Origin: the human T2T-CHM13v2.0 reference genome, Homo sapiens
DNA length: 64,000 bases
NCBI RefSeq assembly: GCF_009914755.1
Contig: NC_060933.1
Direction: 5' to 3' (one strand)
The position numbers and the translations under genes are program-made. Below, piece by piece: positions 15,731 through 33,540 of this stretch. The notes below the pieces were generated by a model, which saw nothing but the letters and a program-made list of their open reading frames with translations, did not search any database and had not been told where the DNA came from. Each line of letters starts with the position of its first letter. Positions within the stretch are counted from its first letter, which is position 1.

Positions 15731-16414
15731 TGTATTAGGCCATTCTTGCATTGCTATAGATACCTGAGACTGGCTCATGGTTCTGCAGGCTTTACAGGAA
15801 GCATGATGCTGGCATTTGCTTAGCTTCTTGGGAGGCCTCAGGAAGCTTACAACCATGGCAGAAGGTGAAAGGCGAGCAGGCATGTTACATGCCCAGAGCA
15901 GGAGCAAGAAAGGGAGGGGGAAGGTGCCACACACTTTTTTTGTTTTTTTAGATGGAGTTTTGCACTCGTTGCCCAGGCTGGAGTATAGTGGTGCTATCAC
16001 TGCAACCTCCGCCTCCCAGGTTTAAGTGATCCTCCTGCCTCAGCCTCCTGAGTAGCTGCGATTACAGGCATGGGCCACCACGCCTGGCCAATTTTTTTGT
16101 ATTTTTAGTAGAGATGGGATTTCTCCATTTTGGTCTCAAACTCCTGACCTCAGGTAATCTGCCCACCTCGGCCTCCCAAAGGTCTGGGATTACAGGCGTG
16201 AGCCACAGTGCCCGGCCTGCCACACACTTTTAAACTACCAGATCTTGCAAGAGCTCAGTCACTATTGCAAGGACAATACCAAGAGAATGGCACTAAACCA
16301 TTCATGAGAAATCCACCCCCATGATCCAATCACCACCCACCAAGCCCCACCTCCAACAATGGGAGTTACAATTCAACATGATATTTGGGAAGGGACACAC
16401 ATCCAAACTACATC
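15731..16414 (-). mobile_element. MaLR LTR (MSTA/B-like) interrupted by an antisense Alu (~15935-16217)
   Basis: Ends tgtattaggcc and ccaaactacatca; Alu TSD tgccacacactttt on both sides. Confidence 0.85.
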
Positions 16415-16415
16415 A

Positions 16416-17170
16416 GTGACCAAGCTGGACCTGGGTCTGCCCACCCAGCACAGCAAAGCTAAACACTAACATGGTGATGGCAGTGAGAGAAAGTGAGGCA
16501 TTTATTGTGAGGTGCCAACAAGAATCAGGCAGCTCAGGCTTAAGACACAAATTTAATGGCTTACATGTAAGGGTTTTTAAAGGCGGGAGGCAGAGGTTAC
16601 ATGCAAAGTAATAAATGAATACATGGAAGCTACACATTGGTTTGGCCTAAAAAGGTGGGACATCTTGAAGCAGGGAAGCTCATAGGTCATAGGTAGATTC
16701 AAAGATTTTCTGACTTGTTATTGGTTAAGCTTTGTCTAAAAACTTGGGGTCAGCAGAAAGGAATCTTGAGCTCTGGCCTGTGGGTGTGACTTCCTCCAGG
16801 ACCCTTAGTAGGAAGAAATTTGGAATAGAGAACAGTGGTCACAGTTCAGTCCTCAATTCTCTCTTCTCTGAGGTCTATGTGCCAGTAGATGACATTTTCC
16901 ATTTGGTATGGTCCAGGTTTCTGAAAAGCAACTCAAGAATATTGTTAAGGTGTAATCTTTAGTTTCTGTAGGGAACCGAACATTCTGTGGCTCAGACTTC
17001 CTTGGCTATTGTGTGAGGCTCTCGTCACCTTCTTGTTTTCTAGGTTGCTTATTTACTTCTCAAGGCTGGGTAGGTGCCTGGAATTTCCCTTAAAGAAACT
17101 CAAGATGTTCCTTTATTTCCATGCTTGTCGGGGGTGGCAGGCCTCCAAGAGGGGTCCCTGCTGCATCTCA
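16416..17170 (-). mobile_element. ERV1-class LTR (MER4 group, family uncertain)
   Basis: Antisense poly(A) signal (catttattg), gtcataggtagattcaaagattttctga motif, terminal ...tctca. Confidence 0.6.
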
Positions 17171-18573
17171 AGCGTGGTCTATTCTCTCTCAGAACTTGTC
17201 AGATATTCTCCTTGCCTGTTGTTCTATACTTTCATGATGCCTTAGCAAGCCTCTGTTTTCACCGTAGGGCCTGTTGGCTCTTGGGAGCTGTTCAGTCTGG
17301 AAACACACTCGTTTTCTTCTGGGAAATGTCTCAGAGTTATTTTTCTTAATTTTCTGTCTTCTGTTTGGTTGGCTTTGTCTTTCGGCATTTCCTAGTTTTT
17401 GAATGTTGGACTTTCTAGATTGGACCTCTAACATCCTTATATTTTTCTCTTCTATCTGCCATCTCTTTTTATTTTTGTTCTACTTTTTGAGAGATTTCCT
17501 CAAATTTATCTTCTAGCCCTTTATCTGCTATCATGATTTTAATACATATAAAGAGTTCTTTGTTGTCTGAGTCAGTTTCTCTCTGTCTCTCTTCTCTCCC
17601 TCCTTTCCCTTCCTATCTCTCTTTCATGGCATTCTGTTCTAGTTCCATGAAAGCAGTATCTCCTCATACCTCTCTAAGGATATTAACCATATTTTTAAAA
17701 TGTCTTCTTTCTGCACAGTTTCTGTTCACCCCAAGTGGCTTCCCCTTCCCCTTCCCCTGTTGCTTCTCTCTCCTGTTTATTTTGGGAGGGACTTAGCAGA
17801 ACATCAGTGGGGCTTGTTAACGCTGAGCTCCCCTATAGAGTGATCCTGCTGGGGCCATTCTGTTAGCAAGATTGCTCTTTCTGGCTTGTCACATTTACCA
17901 GAAAGCATCCTCTTATCTCCTATCAGGAGGAGGGATGAAAGGCTCAGTGTTCTGGGAGCTGGGTAGGATCATACCTTTTCATGAAATTACCCTGATTTCA
18001 TTTTGGCACTCTTACTTTCAGCCACGTATTTCTCAACCAAGAGAGCCCATTTGTCACCTCAGGGGTGGTAAGTTCAATCACTCAGCATGTGGAGGTGGGA
18101 GGGAGCCTGGAGATCAAACCACTTTGTAAACACATCACACTCTTCCTTATAGGTGCCTGTATTACTACTTCAAGGGGGCTTCTGGAGCCACTGGCTCCCA
18201 GTCATTTGAGGATTACTTGGGATAAACCAGTTGGTTCTCACATTTTCCAGCTCTGGCCCAGATCACGCTTGTGTGTCTGTGGAGTCAGCCTCCACTCCCC
18301 TTCCGCTTTTACAGCTTCCAAACATGTTTTTGTTTTGTTTACTCTTTTGTTTTCCCCATCATTAAAAAAACAAATCCCTTTGCTGTCATTTCAATGGCTC
18401 TATTAGGGAGTGAAATTGCATGCATGTGTTTAAACTGCCTATTTGCCTGATTGTTGAGAAAAGTTAATTTTATGTTTGTAATTTTACAAGGAAGACTCCT
18501 TTTAAAATTTTACTTAATTTAGTGAACTGACAAAATGCCATGTGAATCTAGTTTTCTGCTTTAAACATGCATG

Positions 18574-18866
18574 TTTTTTTTTTTTTTTTTGAGATGGAGT
18601 CTCGCTCTGTCACCCAGGCTGGAGTGCAATGGCGATCTCCACTCACTGCAAACTCTGCCTCCTGAGTTCACGCCATTCTCCTGCCTCAGCCTCCCGAGTA
18701 GCTGGGACTACAGGTGCCCACCACCACGCCCAGCTAATTTTTGTATTTTTAGTAGAGACGGGATTTCACCGTGTTAGCCAGGATGGTCTCAATCTCCTGA
18801 CCTCGTGATCCGCCCACCTCAGCCTCCCAAAGTGCTGGGATTACAGGCATGAGCCACCGCGCCCGG
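18574..18866 (-). mobile_element. AluY-like element
   Basis: Antisense Alu with TSD aaacatgcat. Confidence 0.95.
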
Positions 18867-19280
18867 TGAAACATGCATTCTTAACCTTTATAATACCTCT
18901 ACAGTTGTAATGACAAGTTCAAAGTTATTTCCACAATATCTGTCTGACTTTGCCATTGGAGTATGAGAATGAGAACAATTGTGCCCAGTTGAATCTGACC
19001 ACTTTACACCAGAGGTAGGAAGTGGTGGAAAAATTGCCCACGACTAAGACCTAAAAGGATGATTTTAAACTAGGGGCAGCTAGCTAGGAATCTTAGATCT
19101 GAAATCCTGGATGATATCCTTCCACTCCACATGAAAAACCCATCTATAATCTAATGTCCCATGGGACCCAGTCTTGCCTTCAGTGAATGCCGTAATAATT
19201 GCAAAAAGCAAACTCCAATTGTTACTTGCATCATTTGAAAAATAATTGAGGAGATCCACTTCACAACCCAAGGCTACTCA

Positions 19281-19658
<378 letters not shown>

Positions 19659-20297
19659 CTACATCAGCAGCTGGGTCTAACCCAGAGGCTCTTTCTAGCG
19701 GGTCAGGGAGGTGGAGAGTCCAACAGGGTAAGAAGAACATTTTTCTTATCTAGCTGTGGAGTGACAGAGAGAGGGCTGGCTAGGGACATAAGAAATCATA
19801 TCTCCTTTATACTTCATGTAAAAGATCTGATATTATTCCAGATATATTTACCTGGAATAAATCCTCAAGATTAAAGCCTTATGGTTTTTTTGGGTAAACA
19901 TTTGCAGTGATAAGGCATAAGAGACATCACTTTTCATTCCTATGTTCTTTTTGCTTTTCTATTTTCACTTTCTGAAACAGAAAAGTAATGATCTTTATTC
20001 CTCTTTCCTTATGTATGTGTTGTCATGATTTTGTTACAAATAATCATCTTCAGGTAAATGTATTGTATTAGTACAAGGTTTTAGATATCAATTAATTAAT
20101 TCATCCATTCATTCATTCAACAGGCGTTTGGTTCTTCTCTCTCCAGGCCTGGGCTGACATGAAACTCATCGTTATAATGGTATATGATGAGGTGGTGGAG
20201 TCAGGGCCTCAGGCAGGGATAAAGCTCAGAGGGAGAAGATAGAGTGGGGCTGGAGGAACCTGTAAGGACCACTGCCCCATTCTGACACCATGGCCCT

Positions 20298-20608
20298 TTA
20301 TTTATTTTTATTATTATGTTTTTGAGATGGAGTCTCCCTTTGTCACCCAGGCGGGAGTGAAGTGGTGAGATCTTGGCTCACTGCAACCTCCACCTCCCAC
20401 GTTCAAGTGATTCTCCTACCTCAGCCTCCTGAGTAGCTGGGATTATAGGCGTGCACCACCACAGCAGCTAATTTTTGTCTTTTTAGTAGAGATGGGGTTT
20501 CACCATGTTGGCCAGGCTGGTCTCAAACTCCTGACCTCAAGTGATCTGCCCACCTTGGCCTCCCAAAGTGCTGGGATTACAGACATGAGCCACCGCACCC
20601 AGACAGGC
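20298..20608 (-). mobile_element. Alu (S family)
   Basis: Antisense Alu with TSD ggcccttta. Confidence 0.93.
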
Positions 20609-21170
20609 CCTTTAAAGAAGACCTCAATGACCACTTCCTGGAGAGGAAATCTGGTGCCTTTGGCAGGGAATGATTTATTTCTTTATGTTGATAATAACCA
20701 TCTGCTGGAGTTGAACCAAGAATTATATGTCTGCACTGAAGGAAATCATTTAGGAATATTTCTCTATATTGCAGAGCCCTGGATATAACAACATTGCAGC
20801 AACAAATATTAATTGCAACAAGTGTTTTTGGCAGGTTACCGTCTCGTTTACATATCTCACCTGAATGAGGCTCCTCTTTTTCCGACCTCTCTCTGGACAT
20901 TGTAAAAGAAAATAAAATTTCAGGGCCCTATAAATTTTTATACCATGGGGGAACTTAAGCCTGGAGACTGAGTCACGTAGCATGTTGTTTGCAATTCTGC
21001 TTCTTATTATAGCTTAACTCTCTTACTCACTGTTCTTGTCCTAGAATTGACTAGGAGAGACCAGATACCAGATCTACCCACCTTCCAATCACTGATCTTG
21101 GTTATAGATTGACTGCCTCATTTATTGTCCTGTACCTAACTCAGACCAGATGGTACACAAGACTTGATGA

Positions 21171-21700
21171 TGTTGCAGGGTAAACCCTGAAACGGGGGCT
21201 TAGCCCAGGAGGCCACATGGGTTTTTTGGCTTTGCACAGGAAAGAATTCAAGAGTGAGCTGACAGAGAGAGTGAGAGCAAGTTTATTAAGAAAGTAAATG
21301 AATAAAAGGGCGATTACTTCATAGGCAACCCTCAGGGCTGCTGGTTGGCTATTTTTATGGTTGTTGCTTGATCATATGCTAAACAAAGTGTGGATTATTG
21401 ATGAGTTTTCTGGAAACTGGTGGTGAATCCTCAAAACCCGGGGTTCCTCCTCTTTTTGGACCATATAGGGTAACTTCTGGAAGTTACCATGGCATCTGTT
21501 AACTGTCATGGCGCCAGTGGGAGTGTCTTTTAGCATGCTGATGCACTATATAATTAGCATATAATAAGCCATGAGGACAACCAGAGGTTGCCTTTGTAGC
21601 TGTCTGTGTTCTAGCTGGTTTGGACTGGCTTCTCTGCCACATCAGCAGGGTCTTTGTGACCTGTGTCTTGTGAAACAAGTCCTTGCAAACTCCTATCTCA
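21171..21700 (-). mobile_element. ERV1 solo LTR (MER51-like) with 4-bp TSD ATGA
   Basis: TG...CA ends; ATGA at 21167-21170 and 21701-21704. Confidence 0.8.
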
Positions 21701-21760
21701 ATGACAGTTATATCTTCAGTGTGGAATGTAAATATACTTTTCCTGAAAGGAAAAAAGCCC

Positions 21761-22835
21761 TGGCGATTCTTTCGGTGCCGCTTTGCCAGCTGGAAACCTC
21801 TGTCCGGTGGTGCCTTTGCTCGGGCTTTGCTTGGTTCTGGGCTTGGCACTGGGCTCACTCCTCCCACTTAGCCTGGCGGGCTGCGCTCAGTTCTTGCTAC
21901 TGTCCCAGATCCTTCACCTTCTGTGGGCAAGCCAGGTGCAGAGCGGCAAAAGGTGTGTGAGCCAGTGAGCAGAGGGTCCGGCCACAGTGCACAGCCAGTC
22001 ATGCCGGCTGTTGTGGTTGGGTGGGCAGCTCTAGGTGCCAGCACAGGCATGGGCTCCATGAAAGGCTGCAGCTGGACCAGGTGTGCCTTGAATGGCTTCC
22101 ACCTTGGGTGCTGGCATCTGGATGAGGGCAACACAGTGGCTCCCAGAAACTCGGAGACACAGCAACCCTGGAGCCCCAAGCGGGTGTTACAGTGGGTCAC
22201 AACTCTGGCTCAGGGAGTCCCGAGGTCTCGGCCCCCAGAGGGTCACAGCTCTTCTCTCATAGTCTGGTGAATGGGAGTGCATCACCGCCTGCAACTTGGT
22301 GGGCCAGCCAGGAATATGTTTCAGCTCGTTTGCCCACTGCTGCTTCCTGTCACATGGGGAGGCCACCTGGCAATGGCAGAGGGCAGGAGGGCTACAGTGT
22401 TACAGCTCCTTTCTCACCCACTGTTTGGTGGGTCTTGGGTTCTTGTCCAAGAAGAATGAGGTTACATGGACAAGCGGAGAGTCAGCAAGGCAGAGAAGAG
22501 TTTTATTGAGTGACAGAACAGTTTTTGACATGAGAGGGGACCCGAAGTGGGTAACCCATATCTGAAGGTGGGTAGTCCCAACATGTAGCTGAGTCCAGGG
22601 GTTTCATGGGCTCAGAATGGGGGAGTGTGTGCTGATTGGTCCATAAGCAGTCCTGGAAAAAGCACCATTTGACTGGCTATAAAAGCATCAAGGAAGTTCT
22701 CACTCAGGTCATGGACTCTACCTGGAGCTGGCTGCCTGGTTTTCAGGCTTCAGGCTGTCTATGGCTTGAAGATCAGGTTTCATTGGGGACCTGCCCCTGT
22801 CTGCCTAGGAATTTGTCTGCCTTCTACTGCTATCA
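21761..22835 (-). mobile_element. MER52-type ERV1 LTR
   Basis: Reverse complement begins TGATAGCAGTAGAAGGCAGACAAATTCCTAGGCAGACAGG, like the MER52 5' end. Confidence 0.8.
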
Positions 22836-22894
22836 ACACTTTGGCTCATCAGATTGTTGTAATTATGCATTCAGCCTTCCATAGAAAGATGTTA

Positions 22895-23233
<339 letters not shown>

Positions 23234-24071
23234 CTAAGCTTTGTTCATACAAGCAATCCCAAACTTCTACTACACTTTGAAGCACAGATTTCCATTCTTT
23301 GGAATACATTCTTCCCAAGTGGGCTGTCCTCAACTTTGTACTGTTGGGATAAATTCTCTTTGAACTAGATTCTGAACCTTTTGATTATTTTAGGTTGACA
23401 ATACTGTTGGGACATTGGCTTTAAAAGAGACCTGAGAAATCACAGGCTTGGGTGGCTTTCCTTTCATGCTGGGCATCAAATTTTCCAAATTTTCCTAGTG
23501 GAGGCTCCTGCACCAGAGTCAGGATTTCTGCAGAGATCACAGGGTGAGCACGTTCTTAAGGTAAACGTGAATTAAGCAAATGCACAAACATATGCACAAA
23601 CAACTTTTGCTGTCAGAGTCATTCCAATTTGCAGAATCACTGGGCTTGAAATGACTTCCCTATACCCTGTGTTCAGGTGGAGTGGAGCCACCAACAGCTA
23701 AGACAGGAGGCAGGAATAGTCTAATTTCTGAACAACTGACCTTTGTCCAAAAATGAGCGCTGACTGGCAACCTTGGTTTACAATTGTGCTTTCCACCTCA
23801 CACTACCCAGAGGAGGAGAATGGCAAAGCCCAGAAAACCAGCCAACCAGCAGCCACTCATCAGAATCCCTGCAGTCACTCAAGAATCTGCAGGTTAGATA
23901 GAGCATAATTTCCAGGAGGGATTATTTCACTCTCCTGTTTGAGCATACAGTTGGAATGAGGGGCCTTTGCTCTCTCTTTCCAGGAAATTTCCCCTGCAAC
24001 AATTTTTCTGCCCTTGCTTCATTCAGCAGACATCACTGAGAACGTGTTCAGTGGGAATAGGATTGTGCCTC

Positions 24072-24950
24072 TGTGATACTGTGAAATATATATTTGGGCT
24101 TCATCTGTTTCCTGGCACATGGCTCATAAAACACTTGGAATCTCCAGAGTGATGAGTCTTTTGTATGTCAATGAAATGACTGCTGGTTGGGGGCCCCTGA
24201 ATAGCCTCAGGATGGGGCTGGTTCCCAGGGGAACCAACCATGTGGTCAGAGGGTTGGAACTTTCAGCTCCGATGGGACCTCCTGGGAGGGAAGAGGGGCT
24301 GAAGATTGAGTTGACCACCAATGGCCAATGATGTCATCAGTCATGCCTACATAATAAAGCTTCCATGAAACCCCAAAAGAGCAGAGTTTGGGGAGTTTCT
24401 GGCTAGCTGAACACGTAGAGATTCCTGGAGGGTGGTGTTCCCGGAGAGGGCATGGAAGCTCCATACCCCTTCTCTCATATGCATCTCCCTAAGCATCTCT
24501 TCATCCTCAGACATCCTTACATAATCTGTATCCTTTTTCATATATTTTATAATAAATGGATAGATGTAAGTGAAGTGTTTCCTTGATTTCTGTGAGCTCC
24601 TGTAGCAAATTAAACAAACTTAAGGAGAGGGTCATGGGAACCCCTATGTATAGCCACTGGGTCAAAAGCACAGGTTAAACAACCTGGGGCTTGGTTGGTG
24701 TCTGAAGTAGAAGAGGCCGTCTTGTGGGACTGATCCCTTAACCTGTGGGATATGACCCTACATATCCCAACCTGCCTGCTAACTATAGGCAGGTTGTGTC
24801 AAAATGGAATCGAATTATAAGACTCCCAGCTGGTGTCCACTGGAGAACTGGTTGATGTGTAGGGAAAACCCCCACACATCTAATGTCAGAAGTGAGTGGT
24901 GAGTGGTAGTGAGAATAGGAGAAATACCTTGGTTTTTCCTGTCTCTTAGC
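24072..24950 (+). mobile_element. MER21-type LTR
   Basis: tgtgatactgtgaaatatatattt...cttggaatctccagagtgat...aggatggggctggt matches MER21. Confidence 0.8.
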
Positions 24951-26720
24951 CTCCTTCTACCTGTAGGGGCTTAGGTCTCAAGGGGAGAGATGGCAGGTGG
25001 AGATAGTCCCCTCTGATCCCAGGTGGCAGGTCCATCAGCACTGATGTGGTCCCTGTCCCCATCTTTCCCCTTATGGCACCCAGCACTCAACCTCCCTTAA
25101 GCTCTCCATGCTGAGCAAATAGATGTCTCTGCATGCAACTGATACCCTCTGTGTTTCCCAAGAGACACAGACAACAAAGAAGAGCCAGAGGGTCCAGGTA
25201 GCCCTCAGACCACCTCTTTCCCATAGGGACGACTGCCTGCTCTCTTGTTTGCTTCCACTTCCAGGTGGCCTCTGGAGGGATGGGGACAAGGAGCTTGGTG
25301 CCTTTTCTCTGTTGGGATGGCATGTGCTCAGGCCCGGGAGGAGGCCTGCTCATGGCCCGTGGACTACAGGTTACATGGCAAGTATGATCAATGCCACCAG
25401 GAATAGCAGCAGCTCTCTGGAGGCTGAAAGCTATTATAGGCACCCATGATGCTGGGCTCTAATGACAGCCCAGAGAGGAGGCTGCAACACGAGCTTGTCC
25501 CCTGAGACTCAGAGCTTTGCCCCCTACAAGAATCTGTCCTTCATGACCAGCCAGCATCTGGTACTTGCCCCTCCAACAGCAACAACAGCAAATCGAATTG
25601 CAAAGGGCTTCCTCGCTACCAAGCACGTTCACTTGCTCGACCTCATCCCTGCCATCCGTAGGCCTGTCCCTTGAATGGGGATTCAAGGGCCTAGGTGGCC
25701 AGCTACTGCAGCAGGTCCCTGAGCTAGACTCTGAGCACAGAATCCCCACTCCATGCACTGCCTGTGGTCAGAGCTTCATTCTACTCGCCCAGTTTGTTTA
25801 AATCCCACACTTCAGAACAATCACGACCAGTAAGTCCCTCTACCCTGAAATTGCAAAACAAATGGCCTCAGTGGAAAGAGTGTGTGTGTCCATCTTTCAG
25901 GACCGGCCGGTGCCCTTTCTGGCCATTTCCACTTCTCATACAGAGCAAAGCCACCAAGTGGCAGGTTTTATGAAGTCAGCCTGTCCTGAGAACGTAAAAG
26001 GTTTGGCTGAAGTGGGACATATGTAAACACAGGATGTGAGTGTCTGGAGGGTTTCTAAAACCTTTTCGGGTTAACCTTCATGGCCTGCCCTGTCCTGGCC
26101 CTGCTGCGTGGCCTCAGGATCTAGTGGGGCTCATGGAAGGAGGTCTGTAGTTTTCCCTGGGAATAATTGCAGAGTATTCCTGTCTTTTATCATCAGGAAC
26201 CTAATACACATCCTTAGGCAGCAGTTCAAACAATTCCCAGTAAATTCTGGCCTCAGTGAAGATGATGAAAAAAGGCCTGGTCACTTTTGCAAGAAAGCCC
26301 TTCCTGGACCTCTGGATGTGGATGCATCTTTCTGCCAGCGGGAGGTTCTCCCCTGAGATCCTGTCATTGCCCACTCAGCCCTTCTGCTTGTTGGAACTCC
26401 TACCCAGTACTAGACAAAAACACAAACTGGCAAGCCACAGAAAAGAGACGGAAAGGCTGACACCCCCACAAGGAGATGCTAAACCTCACTTGTCATCGGA
26501 AAAATGGATTGCCGGGGCATCTCTGGAATTGGAGGGGCCTGGGTGTCCACCAAAGCAAAGATCCACATGGTGGATGCAGCATCTAGAGTGCAGGGGACTA
26601 GATGTTTATGAAGCGTAACAGAATCAGTTAGAAAAGGGAAACTGCACTACCTGCGACAAACAGAGAGAAGAGCATGCAGAAGTATCTTGGCTATGCCAGG
26701 TTCAAGAGCAAAGAAGACAC

Positions 26721-26856
26721 AGGCCAGGTGCAGTGCTGTGCATTGTAAATCCCTGCTATTGTGGATGCTGAGGTTGGAGATCGCTTGAGCTCAGGAGTTT
26801 GAGTCCAAGTCTAGCCTGGGCAACATAGTAAGACCCAGTCTCTAAAAAAAAGAAAG
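26721..26856 (+). mobile_element. FLAM / Alu monomer
   Basis: Single left-arm monomer with A-tail. Confidence 0.85.
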
Positions 26857-27116
26857 ACAATTTAGGAAGCTGCAGACAACAAGCCTGGGAATGTTGAACG
26901 TCACTATAGGTTCTCATTTCCAGCATCACAGTGTAGAGAGGAGTGGCCTTGGGCTGAGACCCAGAATCTGACCCCACAGCAGCAGAGATGGATATTGAGA
27001 GCACTGCGCTGGGGGAGGAAAGAAAAACACAAGATGATTCATGAGATAGGTGTGCAACATTATCTTTATGCAATTAAAAATATATGTACACACACAAGAA
27101 GACCCCACACATGGGG

Positions 27117-27646
27117 TGTGATGGTTAATACTGAGTGTCGACTTGATTGGATTGAAGGATGCAATATTGATCCTGGGTGTGTCTGTGAGGGTGTTGCCAA
27201 AGGAGATTAACATTTGAGTCAGTGGGCTAGGGAAGGCAGTCACCTTAGTCAGGTGGACACCATCTAATCAGCTGCCAGTGAATATAAAGCAGGCAGAAAA
27301 ACGTGAAGAGATGGAACGGGCCTAGCCTCCCAGCCTACATCTTTCTCCCATGCTGGATTCTTCCTGCCCTCAAACATCAGACTCCAAGTTCTTCAGTTTA
27401 GGGACCCGGACTGGCTCTCCTTGCTTCTCAGCTTGCAGACAGCCTATTGTGGAATCTTGTGATTGTGTAATCTTGTGATTGTGTAAATTAATACTTAATA
27501 AACTCCTCTTTATCTATCATCTATCTATCAATCTATCGATCAATCTATCTACCATCTACTATCTATCTATCTATCTATCTTTCTATCTACCTATCATCTA
27601 TCTGTCTAATTAGTTCTGTCCCTCTAGGAGAACCCTGACTAATACA
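27117..27646 (+). mobile_element. MLT2A-type (ERVL) solo LTR with internal (TCTA)n
   Basis: Starts TGTGATGGTTAATACTGAGTGTC, ends GAGAACCCTGACTAATACA; flanks tgggg/tggga resemble a 5-bp TSD. Confidence 0.9.
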
Positions 27647-27899
27647 TGGGACAATGACACACACAAACCAGTCTACACAATAAAAGCCTTAGAGTGAATT
27701 CCTAATGCTGGAGGAGGGGGAAAGGTAGGGGTGTGGGGATACAAAGGGGCATAAATAAGCAAGCACCAATAACAAGAGGGGAGCCTTGTGTGGACAGTAA
27801 TCCCAATGTGCCGAGAACCTCTGCCCAGAGGATTAGAAACCAACCACACCAGCCATGACATGACACTGGTGCACACCCACCAGAAGGACTCTGATCCTA

Positions 27900-28535
27900 A
27901 AGGTGGGAAAGCCAAGCTCAGGAGAAGAGGTGGAATAACTGGAAGTCTCTGTGCTGCTGGTGGGGATGCAGACTCATACAGCCATTTGAGAAATTGAATT
28001 TGGCTGATTGTCCTAAAGCCGAAAAATTGCACATCTAGGAATTCCAAGGTGTATCCCAACGGATCCTATGTTACCCAAAGACACGACCAGGAATGTGCAT
28101 AGCAGCACTAGTTGTAACAGGTGCTGACTGGGAATAGCTCCATCACCCCTCAGAAGTAGAATGCGTAAATCATTTGTAGTATATTTACACAACATGATAC
28201 TACACAGGGACAACCTACAACTACATACAATAGAGATGAATCTCAACAATTAATGTGGAGGAAAAGGAGCCAGGCACACAGAGTACATACTGTATGTTTC
28301 CATTGATAGAAAATACAAAAGCAGAGAAAATTGATCTGTGTTTGTTAAAAGTCAGATAGTGCTCACTCTTGGTGGAGGGGTGGTTAGAAATGCAAAGGGC
28401 ACCCAAGGGTGCGGCTGGGGGCGGCTGGGAGTGCTGGAGGTGCTCTGCATCTCCATCTAGGTGCTGGTTACATGGGTGTGTTCACTTCGTGAAAATCCAT
28501 CAGGCCCTTCATTTCTGTTAACTTTCAAATAAAAA
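27900..28535 (+). mobile_element. Old L1M 3' fragment
   Basis: atgaatctcaacaattaatg...agagtacatactgtatgtttccatt...ggttacatgggtgtg resembles L1M 3'UTRs. Confidence 0.65.
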
Positions 28536-28580
28536 ATGAAAAAAGAAAGAAAGAAAAGCAATTTAAATTGTAGTAAGGAG

Positions 28581-29246
<666 letters not shown>

Positions 29247-30028
29247 TCAGAAGACAGAGATAGACCGACTTGATTCCTGTTTGTGGTAATGGACACAATG
29301 AACAGAAATACACATGTATGCTCGTGCACATGCATGCTCACACATATGTGTGTACACACACACGTGTGTGCACTTGGCGACTTTCTATTCTAACTTTTCT
29401 GCACCCTGAATTTCTCATGTCGCAGCATCTGTTGCTGATTACTTTATATTCATACATTAGTTCTTCTCCTGACTTCCCATAGCTCAGGTCAAAAGCTGTG
29501 GAGTCATCTCCAGTGCCTGCTGTTCTTCACGTCCCACACCCGGTGCTTTAGGAGGCATCTATCTCGAACCGCCCACTCCCACCCTCCTTGCGCCCCTCAG
29601 CCTCTCACTTGCGTGGTCACAGTGGGCTCTCCGCTGGATTCCCAGTACTCACTCCAGACTCCCTATATTGCTTTGCCCATACAGCCACTCAAATGAGCCT
29701 TCTGAGGTTTAAATTGGATCATGTGGTGTTGCTGCTTCTCAGTGCCTTTAGACTAAAGTCCAGTCCTCTCCCAACCACCCTGCTGCTCCCCTATTTCTCT
29801 GCACCTCCCTTTCTCCCCTCCAGACACACCACCCTCTCCTCTCAAGAGCTTGTGGCTGGCTAGGCGTTCTCTCGGGAGCATCCTTCCCCACCTCTTTGCA
29901 GTCATCACTCTTTCCAATTGTTCACACCTCTGCCTAAATATCTCCTCAGAGGACCCTTCCCTGACCCTCCCATTCAAAAATGGCACCTGACTTCTAGCGT
30001 GCTTGAGTTTCATCAAAGCCCTTCTCTG

Positions 30029-30818
<790 letters not shown>

Positions 30819-30929
30819 TGTATCTATTAATCTGTCTAATCTATTATCTGTCTTTTATTTACCTTTCTCTTTCTCATCTATCTTTATCTCTGTCAACCAT
30901 CTGTCTATTATACATTTACTAATATTTCT

Positions 30930-32974
<2,045 letters not shown>

Positions 32975-32975
<1 letters not shown>

Positions 32976-33077
32976 TATCTATCTTTCTATCTAGCCTATT
33001 ATCTATCTATCATCTATCTATCTATCTATCTAATCTAGCTCTATCATTTCTAATCTATCATCTTTCTATTATCTATC

Positions 33078-33124
<47 letters not shown>

Positions 33125-33128
33125 ATCT
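32975..33128 (+). repeat. (TCTA)n / GATA-type STR
   Basis: Degenerate, then ~10 perfect units. Confidence 0.92.
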
Positions 33129-33249
33129 AATATGTTTTCTTTCTCCACAGACAGACTGTGACTTCTTTGAGAGCAGAAATTCCATCTGCCTGGTTGATAG
33201 AACTGGTACATAGTAGATTCTCTATAACTATTTCCTGACTTATTGAATT

Positions 33250-33540
33250 CTTTTTTTTCTCTGGGGGAGTCTTGCTCTGTTGCCCAGGCTGGAGTGCAAT
33301 GACGTAACCTAGGTTCACTGCAACCTCTGCCTCCCAGGTTCAATCCATTCTCCGGCCTCAACCTCCTGAGTAGCTGGGAATACAGGTGCCTGCCACCATC
33401 CCCAGCTAATTTTTGTATTTTTAGTACAGACAGGGTTTCACCATGTTGGCCAGCCTTGTCTCCAACTCTTGACTTCGTGATTTGCCCGCCTCAGCCTCCC
33501 AAAGTGCTGGGATTACAGGCGTGAGCCACCGCGCCTGGGC
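33250..33540 (-). mobile_element. Alu
   Basis: TSD ttgaattctttttt. Confidence 0.93.

Noticed and set aside
21483-21496. X-box-like GTTACCATGGCATC
   Set aside because: Lies inside an LTR and is probably inherited from the element, with an imperfect half-site.
25070-26620. Repeat-poor stretch checked for a processed pseudogene
   Set aside because: No recognisable protein, poly(A) tail or TSD.
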